Source of the DNA: Actinomycetes bacterium
GTDB taxonomy: Bacteria; Actinomycetota; Acidimicrobiia; Acidimicrobiales; Bog-793
Assembly: GCA_021798985.1 (NCBI GenBank)
Contig: JAJZBI010000020.1
Coordinates: 4,785 to 68,784 of the forward strand
Direction: 5' to 3'
Length of the DNA stretch: 64,000 bases
The position numbers were made by a program, and so were the translations under genes. Below are positions 51,551 to 59,897 of this stretch, piece after piece; position 1 is the stretch's first letter, and the number at the start of each line of letters is the position of its first letter. The notes below the pieces were generated by a model. It did not search any database and was not told the origin of the DNA. It saw only the letters and a list, made by a program, of their open reading frames with translations.

Positions 51551-51697
51551 ATGCAGGAGGTGACGGTGCCTGGGCCGCGGCGGGCGCTCGAGCGCCCGCC
51601 GCTCGGCTGGAACAGCTGGATCTGTTATGGCGCGAGCCGCGGTGCATCGCGTTCGACGGCCTGGGCAGGCGGGGCGCCCGCGATGGCGCCGGCGTGA
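51551..51697 (+). pseudogene. possible 5' remnant of a GH27-type alpha-galactosidase gene
   Basis: MQEVTVPGPRRALERPPLGWNSWICYGAS carries the PP(L/M)GWNSW.C(Y/F)G N-terminal hallmark of GH27-like enzymes. The frame then degenerates (RGASRSTAW...) and stops after 48 codons. Confidence 0.3.
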
Positions 51698-51826
51698 GGC
51701 AACTGCACAAGGGCTCGAGGTGGTTCCTCGACAAACGATGATTGCCGGCGCGACGGCGCGCTGGTACAACCGACGGGGCGACGCGCAAACGCCGTCTGAT
51801 GTGTCCGACGAGAAGGGGGGAAGGTC

Positions 51827-52993
51827 GTGACTATTCCTTTGTCCATCCGCCGCGGGGCGATCGCGGCGCTGATGGTGGCGACCACCTTTGGGGTGGCGAG
51901 CTCACCAGCGAATGCGGCGAGCCCCCGGGCTCAGAGCTCGGGGACCTACCTGGTCGGCGTCTCTGAGCCGATGACCGGTGCAGAGGCGCAGGCGGGGACG
52001 GAGATCTACGACGGTGAGCTGCTCGCGGCTCAGCGGATCAACGCGCAAGGTGGCGTGCTCGGGCACAAGATCGTGCTCAAAGAAGAGGACGACGCCTGCG
52101 ACCCGCAGACGTCGGTGAACGCCGCGAACAAGCTCGTTTCCCTCGGGGTCAAGGCGATGGTCGGCGGCTACTGCTCGAGTGCCGCGCAGCCGGCCGAGTC
52201 GATCTATGCGCGTGCCGGGATCCCGAACATCGAGGCGGCGGCGAACTCGACCACCCTCACCCAGGGCGGGTTCCACAATGTCTTCCTCGTAGACCCGGGC
52301 GGTAACCTCCAGGCCAAGGAAGCCGCCAATTTCTTCACCAAGATTCTCAAGACCAAGAAGCTGCTCATCGCCGATGACCAGTCGACCTATGCCGTCAACG
52401 TCGCGCAGCTGACCGCCGCCGCGCTGAAGCACAGCTCGGTCAGCGTCCTGCCGATCCAGGCCGTTCCGAACACGACCCAGGACTTCAGCGCCGTCATCAA
52501 CACGATTCGCAGCGACAACGCCGGCGCCGTCTACTGGACCGGCTACTTCGCGCAGGCCGCGGAGTTCGTGCGCCAGCTGCGACAGGCCGGTTTGCACATC
52601 CCCTTCGCGACGGCGGACGGCTCGGTCGACCCGACGTTCATCAAGGACGCCGGCGCGGCAGCCCAGGGCACCTTTGCGACGATCTCGGTGCTCTCGGCCT
52701 TCCTCACCGGCCCGGCGGCGCGCGCCTTTGACGCCGGCTACCAAAAGGAGTTCCACGCCCAGCCCGGCCCGTACTCGGCCTATGGCTACGACGGGATCTT
52801 CGCGCTGGCGAACGCGGCCAAGAAGGCGCACAGCCTCGTCCCTGCCAAGGTGATCGCGGCGCTGCACCACCTCAAGTTCCAAGGGCTCACGGGCATGGTC
52901 TCGTTCGCGCCTAATGGGGCGCGGGTCGGTGCGCACTTCGTCGTGCTGCAGGTCCGTGGCGGCGCCTACCACCTGGCACCGCGCCAGCCCTGA
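51827..52993 (+). CDS. branched-chain/amino-acid ABC transporter substrate-binding protein (LivK/LivJ-like)
   Basis: GTG 51827 after GGGGGAAGG. Signal IAALMVATTFGVASSPANA. YLVGVSEPMTGAEAQAG, VKAMVGGYCSSAAQPA, KKLLIADDQSTYAV. Confidence 0.88.
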   Translation: MTIPLSIRRGAIAALMVATTFGVASSPANAASPRAQSSGTYLVGVSEPMTGAEAQAGTEIYDGELLAAQRINAQGGVLGHKIVLKEEDDACDPQTSVNAANKLVSLGVKAMVGGYCSSAAQPAESIYARAGIPNIEAAANSTTLTQGGFHNVFLVDPGGNLQAKEAANFFTKILKTKKLLIADDQSTYAVNVAQLTAAALKHSSVSVLPIQAVPNTTQDFSAVINTIRSDNAGAVYWTGYFAQAAEFVRQLRQAGLHIPFATADGSVDPTFIKDAGAAAQGTFATISVLSAFLTGPAARAFDAGYQKEFHAQPGPYSAYGYDGIFALANAAKKAHSLVPAKVIAALHHLKFQGLTGMVSFAPNGARVGAHFVVLQVRGGAYHLAPRQP

Positions 52994-53032
52994 GGAGACC
53001 GAGCGACTCGGTCCTGACCGCGAGGGGATGAC

Positions 53033-53944
53033 GTGGCCTGGAACACTGTCGGTCCCGACATCGTCGCCGGGCTGTTTCTCGGGGCGTTCTTCGCCCTGAT
53101 CGCGGTCGGCTACTCGATGGTGTACGGCATCTTGCGGCTCATCAACTTCGCCCACGGCGACTTCTACATGGCCGCGGCGTTCGTGAGCTACTCCATCCTT
53201 GGTGCCGTCACCATCGGGACCCGGATCAATTGGGGAAATGTCGCGTGGGTGGGCCTCGTCACCATGGTCGCGGGCGGTGTGCTCGCGGTCGCGGTGGAGC
53301 GGCTTGTCTACCGGCCGATGCGGAGGGCGGCGGTCCTCTCCTTGATGATCGCCGCCCTCGGCGTCTCCCAGATCCTCGAGAACGGGACGCTCAACATTCC
53401 CGCCTGGGGCTCCAACTACCTGCCCTATCCCGTCACCCCGCCGATCACGGGCTTCGACGTCGCCGGCGTGCACTACACCTGGACCCAGCTCGGGATCGTG
53501 GTCATCGCGATCGTCCTCATCCTCGCCACCTATCTCGTCGTCAACCACACGATGCTCGGCACGGCCATGCGTGCCGTCGCCCAGGACCGTGCCGCCGCGA
53601 CGCTGATGGGGATCAACACCGACCGGATCATCTCGCTCGTCTTCTTCATCGGCGGCGCGCTCGCGGGCGCCGCTGCGGTGATGGCGAGCCTCTACTACGG
53701 CCAGATCAACTACCTGATGGGCTTCTCGATCGGTTTGCAGGCCTTCACGGCAGCGGTGCTCGGCGGGATCGGAAACGTGGCCGGCGCGGCGGTGGGCGGC
53801 CTGCTGCTCGGGATCCTCGAGTCCGTCGGGACCGGCCTGTTCGGCCCGCAGTGGGCGCTGCTGTTCGCGTTCGGCGCGCTGGTGCTGACGCTCTGGCTGC
53901 GGCCCTCGGGGCTGCTCGGCGAGCGGATCGGGCAGCGTGTCTAG
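53033..53944 (+). CDS. branched-chain amino-acid ABC transporter permease (LivH-like)
   Basis: LIAVGYSMVYGILRLINFAHGDFYM ... AVLGGIGNVAGAAVGGLLLGILES. Confidence 0.9.
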   Translation: MAWNTVGPDIVAGLFLGAFFALIAVGYSMVYGILRLINFAHGDFYMAAAFVSYSILGAVTIGTRINWGNVAWVGLVTMVAGGVLAVAVERLVYRPMRRAAVLSLMIAALGVSQILENGTLNIPAWGSNYLPYPVTPPITGFDVAGVHYTWTQLGIVVIAIVLILATYLVVNHTMLGTAMRAVAQDRAAATLMGINTDRIISLVFFIGGALAGAAAVMASLYYGQINYLMGFSIGLQAFTAAVLGGIGNVAGAAVGGLLLGILESVGTGLFGPQWALLFAFGALVLTLWLRPSGLLGERIGQRV

Positions 53945-55007
53945 CCTGCTCGAAGGCGGAGGCGAAGAGGAGATCGTCGTCCCGGCGATCAAAGAGGCCC
54001 GTTCCCGCTCGGCGCTCGCGCTCGGCGGCGCGGCGGCCCGCCTTGCGCGCGCGGGCGCGCTAGTAGGCCTCGTCGTCATCGCCGGCTTCTTTCCTGACCT
54101 GGCGCACAGCAACTACCTGACGAGCATCGGGCTCCAGATCGAGATCTTGATGTGCCTCGCCCTCGGGCTCAACTTCGTCGTCGGCTACGCCGGCATGCTC
54201 GACCTCGGCTTCGCCGCCTTCTTTGCTATCGGCTCCTACACGACCGGGATGCTGTCGGTGCACGCGCACTGGCCGATCCTTGCCACGCTCCCGCCCGCCG
54301 TCGTGATCGCGCTGATCGGGGCGATCTTCGTGGGGGTCCCGACGCTCCGGCTGCGCAGCGACTACCTGGCGGTCGTGACCTTGGGCTTCGGCGAGATCAT
54401 CCAGACGGTCGTCAACAACTTGAACCAGACCGGTGGCCCCGAGGGCATCTACGGCATCCCGCCGCTGCGGATCGGGAGCTGGACGCTCACGAGTACGGCG
54501 AGCTACTTCGAGATCTTCCTTTTCCTCGTGGTGGTCTTCGTCGCCGTGAGTGCTCGGATCCGCCACGCCCGCCTCGGGCGCGCCTGGCTCGCGATCCGCG
54601 AGGACGAGGACACGGCCCAGGCGATGGGCATCAAGGTGCGCCGCTACAAGCTGTACGCCTACATGGCGGGCAGCGTCTTCGGCTCGATCACGGGCTCGCT
54701 GTACGCGCCCGCCTTCATCGCTATCGCCCCGCCCAGCTTCGGCTTCACCGAGTCGCTGCTCGTGGTGATGGCGGTGTCGATCGGCGGCATCGGCAGCATC
54801 TGGGGCGCGCTGCTCGGTGCCGGCGTCGTCATCGCCTTCCCCGAGGTCTTCCGCCAGTTCGCCCAGGCCCGCCTGCTCGTCTTCGGGATCGCCCTCGTCC
54901 TCGTGATGGTGCTCCGCCCCCAGGGCATCTGGCCGGAGAACGGGCTCGGCTTCGGGCGCCTCCAGCAACGCTGGCGGAGCCGCCGCGTCGAGGGCGCGCG
55001 CCGCTGA
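53937..55007 (+). CDS. branched-chain amino-acid ABC transporter permease (LivM-like)
   Basis: GLNFVVGYAGMLDLGFAAFFAIGSY ... LRSDYLAVVTLGFGEI ... IGGIGSIWGALLGAGVV. Confidence 0.9.
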   Translation: MSSLLEGGGEEEIVVPAIKEARSRSALALGGAAARLARAGALVGLVVIAGFFPDLAHSNYLTSIGLQIEILMCLALGLNFVVGYAGMLDLGFAAFFAIGSYTTGMLSVHAHWPILATLPPAVVIALIGAIFVGVPTLRLRSDYLAVVTLGFGEIIQTVVNNLNQTGGPEGIYGIPPLRIGSWTLTSTASYFEIFLFLVVVFVAVSARIRHARLGRAWLAIREDEDTAQAMGIKVRRYKLYAYMAGSVFGSITGSLYAPAFIAIAPPSFGFTESLLVVMAVSIGGIGSIWGALLGAGVVIAFPEVFRQFAQARLLVFGIALVLVMVLRPQGIWPENGLGFGRLQQRWRSRRVEGARR

Positions 55008-55771
55008 TGGCCGCGCTCAGCGTGCGTGAGCTGTCATTGCGCTTCGGCGGCGTCGATGCGCTCGCGCAGGTCAGCCTCGAGGTCCCGGACCGCTCGCTGT
55101 TCGCCGTGATCGGGCCGAACGGGGCGGGGAAGACCTCGTTCTTCAACTGCCTCACCGGCTACTACCGCCCGACTGGTGGCTCGGTCCTCTTCGACGGACG
55201 AGATATCACGCGTCTTGGCGCAGCGGACGTCGCGGCGCTCGGGATCCGGAGAACCTTCCAGAACGTCCGGGTGTTCCCCAAGCTGAGCGCCCGGGAGAAC
55301 GTGCTCGCCGGCGCGCACCTCCGGGCGAGCGCGAGCGTCCTCGGGACGCTGTTCGGGACCCCGGCGCATCGCCGTGGCGAGCGGGAGCTGGCCGAGGAGG
55401 CGGACCGCTGGCTGGACTTCGTGGGGCTCGCCGACAAGGCGGCGGTGCTCGCCGGCGACCTCCCTTACGGCGTGCGCAAGCGCCTCGAGGTCGCCCGTGC
55501 CCTCATCGCCCACCCGGCGATGCTGCTGCTCGACGAGCCCGCCGCCGGGGTCAGCTCCGTCGAGCGCGAAGAGCTCGCCTCGGTGATCCGCCGCACCGCG
55601 GCGGACGGGGTGACGGTCGTGATGATCGAGCACGACGTCGAGCTCGTGATGCAGCTCGCGGCGGGCGTCGCCGTGCTCGACCGCGGGCGGCTGCTCGTCC
55701 AGGGCAGCCCCGAGGCCGTCCGGGCCGACCCCCGGGTGGTCGAGGCCTACCTCGGCAGGCGTCAGCGATGA
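55007..55771 (+). CDS. branched-chain amino-acid ABC transporter ATP-binding protein (LivG-like)
   Basis: LSLRFGGVDALAQVSLEV, GPNGAGKTSFFNCLTG, LPYGVRKRLEVARAL, LLLDEPAAGV. TGATG junction at 55005..55009. Confidence 0.92.
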   Translation: MAALSVRELSLRFGGVDALAQVSLEVPDRSLFAVIGPNGAGKTSFFNCLTGYYRPTGGSVLFDGRDITRLGAADVAALGIRRTFQNVRVFPKLSARENVLAGAHLRASASVLGTLFGTPAHRRGERELAEEADRWLDFVGLADKAAVLAGDLPYGVRKRLEVARALIAHPAMLLLDEPAAGVSSVEREELASVIRRTAADGVTVVMIEHDVELVMQLAAGVAVLDRGRLLVQGSPEAVRADPRVVEAYLGRRQR

Positions 55772-56535
55772 GCTCACGACTAGAACAGGGTGGACCAGTG
55801 AGCGTGCTCGAGCTCTCCGGCCTCTCCGTCTACTACGGCCCGGTGCGCGGCGTCGTCGACGTCGACCTCAGCGTCAAAGAAGGCGAGATCGTGGCGCTCC
55901 TTGGCGCCAATGGTGCGGGGAAGTCCACCGTCTTGAAGGCGGTCTCCGGCCTGGTGCGGCCCCGCGGCGGGACCGTCGCGTTCTTCGGGGACGACCTGCG
56001 GCGCGTGCCGGCCGCGGCCCGCGTCCGACGCGGGCTGGTCCAGGTCCCCGAGGGTCGCCGCATCTTCCCCGCGCTCACCGTGCGAGAGAACCTCGAGCTC
56101 GCCGCGTTCGGCTTCGGCATTGCCCGCGGCGCCCGGCGCCAACGCCTCGAGTCGGTCGTCGAGCGCTTCCCGTTGATCCGAGCCCATCTTGCCAAGCTCG
56201 CCGGCATGCTCTCGGGCGGCGAGCAGCAGGTGCTGGCGATCGCCCGGGGGATGATGGCCGAGCCAAGGCTGCTCATGGTCGACGAGCCGTCGCTCGGCCT
56301 CGCGCCGCAGATGATCGAGTCCGTCTACGACCTGCTCGTGCAGATCGCGGCGGAGGGGACACCGGTGCTGCTCGTCGAGCAGAACGTGACCCTCGCGTTC
56401 GAGATCACGGCGCGCGCCTATGTGCTCCAACAGGGGAGCGTCGTCCTGTCTGGGGAGAGCGATGCGCTTGCCGAGGACCCCCGCGTGATCGCCGCCTACC
56501 TCGGGGCCGCGGCGCAGGCGCCGGCGGAGCCGTGA
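55768..56535 (+). CDS. branched-chain amino-acid ABC transporter ATP-binding protein (LivF-like)
   Basis: GANGAGKSTVLKAVSG, LSGGEQQVLAIARGM, LMVDEPSLGLAP, LLVEQN. Confidence 0.92.
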   Translation: MSSRLEQGGPVSVLELSGLSVYYGPVRGVVDVDLSVKEGEIVALLGANGAGKSTVLKAVSGLVRPRGGTVAFFGDDLRRVPAAARVRRGLVQVPEGRRIFPALTVRENLELAAFGFGIARGARRQRLESVVERFPLIRAHLAKLAGMLSGGEQQVLAIARGMMAEPRLLMVDEPSLGLAPQMIESVYDLLVQIAAEGTPVLLVEQNVTLAFEITARAYVLQQGSVVLSGESDALAEDPRVIAAYLGAAAQAPAEP

Positions 56536-57707
56536 GCGTGCCCGCCGCGCTCGAGGTGGCGGCGCGCCTGCGCGAGCGGCTCGAGGAGCTCCTCGGGCGC
56601 CAAGGGGTGCTGGCCGTCGACCTGCACGCAGCCGGAGAGCACGGTCGGGTGATCTTGAGCGGGGCACCGGCGGTGCCGGCCGCCTCGATGCTCGAGGCGA
56701 TGCGCTACCTCGCGAGCGCAGAGGACGACTTGCGCCTGCGGATGCTGCGCGAGCCGCGGGGCTATCCGGCCGCCAACTGCAACCTCGTGCTCCCCGCCTC
56801 GGTCCCCGAGGCGGCGTGCGGCTTCGTCATCATGGAGCAGGTCGAGTACCCGCTGATGTCGGGCAGCAACACGATCTGCGTGGCGACCGCGCTGATCGAG
56901 ACCGGCCTCGTCGCGCCGAGCGAGCCGACCACGACCTTCGTGCTCGAAACCCCCGCTGGCCTCGTCGGCATCACCGCCGCGGTCGCAAACGGCAGGGCGA
57001 GCGCGATCACCTTCGAGAACGCGCCGAGCTTCGTCTTCGACCTCGACGTCCCGATCACGGTTCCCGGCATCGGGGAGGTGCGCGTCGATCTCGCCTACGG
57101 CGGGATGATCTACGTGCTCGCCGACGCCGAGGCCCTCGGGGTCGACCTCGCGCCCGAGAACGCGCGCACCTTGGTACGCGTGGGCGAGGCGATCAAGGCC
57201 GCCGCTCGGGAGCAGGCGCCGCAGGTGCACCCCGAGCGCCCTGACGTGGTCGGCCCGACCATCGCTTGCCTCACCGGCTCGCCGAGCGGGCCGCACGCCG
57301 ACCAGAAGAACGCGGTCGTCGTCTCGACGGGCGCCTTGGAATGGGACCGCCCCGACACCTTCACCGGGGCGCTCGACCGCTCGCCGTGCGGCACGGCGAC
57401 CTGTGCCCGCATGGCGGTGCTGCACGCGCGCGGCCAGCTCGGGCTCGGGGCGGAGTTCCGAAACGAGGGGCCGCTCGGGACGATCTTCGTCGGCCGCCTC
57501 CTTCGCGAGACCGAGGTCGCAGGGCGCCGCGGTGTCGTAGCGAGCATCACCGGCTCGGCCTACGTCACCGGCTACCACCTCGACGTCTTGGAGGACGCCG
57601 ACCCGTTTCCGGCCGGCTATACCCTCGGGGACCTCTGGGGGGCGAACCCGCTCGCGCGCTCACTGAATGCCCCGGGGGCCCCTAGCCCCGCCCGCACTCG
57701 GCGATGA
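56532..57707 (+). CDS. proline racemase-superfamily enzyme with Ser/Cys catalytic pair (candidate 3-hydroxyproline dehydratase)
   Basis: LAVDLHAAGEHGRVILSG. First catalytic position reads PLMSGSNTICV (Ser where racemases/epimerases have MCGH). Second position reads LDRSPCGTATCARMAVL. Confidence 0.8.
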   Translation: MSVPAALEVAARLRERLEELLGRQGVLAVDLHAAGEHGRVILSGAPAVPAASMLEAMRYLASAEDDLRLRMLREPRGYPAANCNLVLPASVPEAACGFVIMEQVEYPLMSGSNTICVATALIETGLVAPSEPTTTFVLETPAGLVGITAAVANGRASAITFENAPSFVFDLDVPITVPGIGEVRVDLAYGGMIYVLADAEALGVDLAPENARTLVRVGEAIKAAAREQAPQVHPERPDVVGPTIACLTGSPSGPHADQKNAVVVSTGALEWDRPDTFTGALDRSPCGTATCARMAVLHARGQLGLGAEFRNEGPLGTIFVGRLLRETEVAGRRGVVASITGSAYVTGYHLDVLEDADPFPAGYTLGDLWGANPLARSLNAPGAPSPARTRR

Positions 57708-58660
57708 GCAGCTCCCCCCCTCCCTATTTCGACCGGGCCGCGATCGAGTCGGCGGTCTCGCCCCTCGCCGCCCGGGCCGCGATCGCGGCCCTCGCCTCCG
57801 CCGGCGGCCTCGATGGCCCCCAGCGCTGGTCAGTCCCCTTCGGCGGCGGCGAGCTGCTGCTCATGCCGGCGGCCGGCGCTCGCCTGGGCGGCGTCAAGGT
57901 GGTGGCGCTCCCCGACCACCGCCGCCCGCCGCCCGCGCCGCTCCCCGGGGTCCAGGGGCTCTACGTGCTCTTCGACAACGACACGCTCGCGCCGGTGGCC
58001 CTGCTCGACGCGGCGGCGCTGACGGAGCTGCGCACCGCCGCGGTCTCCGCCTTCGTGGCGGACTGCTTGCTGCCCGCCGGCGACATCGTGGCGATGCTCT
58101 TCGGCACCGGTGCCCAGGCGCGCGCCCATCTCGTGGCGCTCGACGCGACGCGCCCGCTCGTCGAGGTGCTGGTGGTCGGACGGCGGGAGGAGGCCGTCGC
58201 CACGATGCTCGCCTTTGCCGCCGCGAAGGGCATCGCGGCGCGCCCGGCGACGGCCGAGGAGGTGGACCGGGCCGGCGTCGTCTGCTGCTGCACGACGAGC
58301 GCCGAGCCGCTCTTTGACGGGGCGCGCCTCGCCCCGGGCACCCACGTCATCGCCGTCGGCTCGCACCGCCCGACGCGCCGGGAGGTGGACACCACCACGG
58401 TGCGGCGCAGCTTCGTCGTCGTCGAGACCCGCCCCGCGGCGCGACGGGAGGCGGGCGACCTGCTGGTCCCGCTCGCCGAGGGCGCCGTCGAGTCCCTGCC
58501 CGTCGACGCCGACCTCGCCGAGCTCGCGGCCGGCGTCCGCGCCGACGCCGACGCCGACCTCACCTTGTTCAAGTCCGTCGGCGTCGCCGCAGAGGACCTC
58601 GCCGTCGCCGAGGCGGTGCTCGCCGTCGCCGAGGCAGCGAGCACCGCCAGGGGGTCCTGA
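57704..58660 (+). CDS. ornithine cyclodeaminase/mu-crystallin family protein (candidate pyrroline-2-carboxylate reductase)
   Basis: LLDAAALTELRTAAVSAFVADCL, MLFGTGAQARAHLVAL, VVCCCTTSAEPLF, THVIAVGSHRP. 4-nt overlap with the upstream gene. Confidence 0.82.
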   Translation: MSSSPPPYFDRAAIESAVSPLAARAAIAALASAGGLDGPQRWSVPFGGGELLLMPAAGARLGGVKVVALPDHRRPPPAPLPGVQGLYVLFDNDTLAPVALLDAAALTELRTAAVSAFVADCLLPAGDIVAMLFGTGAQARAHLVALDATRPLVEVLVVGRREEAVATMLAFAAAKGIAARPATAEEVDRAGVVCCCTTSAEPLFDGARLAPGTHVIAVGSHRPTRREVDTTTVRRSFVVVETRPAARREAGDLLVPLAEGAVESLPVDADLAELAAGVRADADADLTLFKSVGVAAEDLAVAEAVLAVAEAASTARGS

Positions 58661-58667
58661 GGGGCGC

Positions 58668-59873
58668 TCAGGGCACCCCGGCGCTGCGCCCGGTGAGGCG
58701 GGCGAGCTTCAGGCCGAGGTGGACGGTGAGGCGGTCGTAGCCGTTGGAGAAGTCGACTCCGGTCAATCGCTCGGCCTTGGCCAGGCGGTAGTAGAGGGTG
58801 CCGCGGTGGAGGTGGAGCGCCTCCGAGGCGGCCTTCACGTCGCCGGCGAGGTCGAGAAAGGTCTCGACGGTGTCGACCAGCGCCGCCTCGCCGATCTCGA
58901 GGAGCGCACAGACCCGCGGGTCGAGCGCGGCCTCCTGGGCCTCCCGGGTCGGCAGCTGCGCGAGGGCGCGGAACACCCCGAGCTCGGACCAGCGCACGAG
59001 GTCGCCGGTCGAGGGGATGGCGGCGGCGACCTTGGCGGCGAGCCGGGCCTGGCGGTAGGAGGCGACGACGTGGGGCAGCTCGGCGCAGGCATCGCCGATC
59101 GCCGCGACCACCCGCACCGGCGCGCCGCCGGCGGCCTGGAGGCGCCGCGCGCACGCCGCCTGCGCGGCGCCGGCCAGCTCGAGCACGGCGTCGTCGCCCC
59201 CGCGCAAGCGCACCAAGAGCACCGCGTGATCGCTGAGCGCCAGCCGCAGCAGTGAGCCCGCCGGCGCCTCCCAGCCGACGTCGGTGAGCCCCTGCTCGAG
59301 CACGAGCCCCGGATCGAGCCCGCCGCCGGCGGCGATCGGCTGGATGACGACCGCGGCGACGGGCTGGCCCGAGGTGAACAGTGCCTGGTCGGCGATCTGC
59401 TGCGCGGCCGCGGCGCGCAGCTCTTCGGAGGGCGAGAGGAGGTGGGAGAGCACCTGGCCCATGAGCCGCTGGGCGAGCTGTTCCTCATAGAGCAGCACCG
59501 CGGCGTGCTCGGCAGTCTTGGCGATCGCCGGCAGGTGGTTGGCGGCGACCGCGCCGTCGCCGTCGATGACCCAGACGAAGCCGAGGAGCCGGTCCCGATA
59601 ACGCGCCGGGGCGCAGACGCGGGGCAGGATCGCCCCCTCGGCGTGCCCAGGGACGAGCACGGGCCCGGTCGCGCTGGCGATCCCGAGGCCGCGCAGCCAG
59701 GCGATGATCTCCGGCGGCGTTGCCCGGTGCAGGATCGAGTCGCGCCGCAACTCGTCGATGACGCCGAGCTGGGAGGAGTGCGCGAGGGTGCGCTGCTCGT
59801 GGTCCTCGAGCACCACCGAGGAGCCGACCTCCTCGGCGAGGTGGTCGATCAACAGCTGCAGATCAGAAGCCAT
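58668..59873 (-). CDS. PucR/CdaR-family transcriptional regulator
   Basis: C-terminal PucR HTH TFLDLAGDVKAASEALHLHRGTLYYRLAKAERLTGVD. Confidence 0.85.
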   Translation of the reverse strand: MASDLQLLIDHLAEEVGSSVVLEDHEQRTLAHSSQLGVIDELRRDSILHRATPPEIIAWLRGLGIASATGPVLVPGHAEGAILPRVCAPARYRDRLLGFVWVIDGDGAVAANHLPAIAKTAEHAAVLLYEEQLAQRLMGQVLSHLLSPSEELRAAAAQQIADQALFTSGQPVAAVVIQPIAAGGGLDPGLVLEQGLTDVGWEAPAGSLLRLALSDHAVLLVRLRGGDDAVLELAGAAQAACARRLQAAGGAPVRVVAAIGDACAELPHVVASYRQARLAAKVAAAIPSTGDLVRWSELGVFRALAQLPTREAQEAALDPRVCALLEIGEAALVDTVETFLDLAGDVKAASEALHLHRGTLYYRLAKAERLTGVDFSNGYDRLTVHLGLKLARLTGRSAGVP

Positions 59874-59897
59874 CGCGTTCCCCCGCGGCGCGGCACT

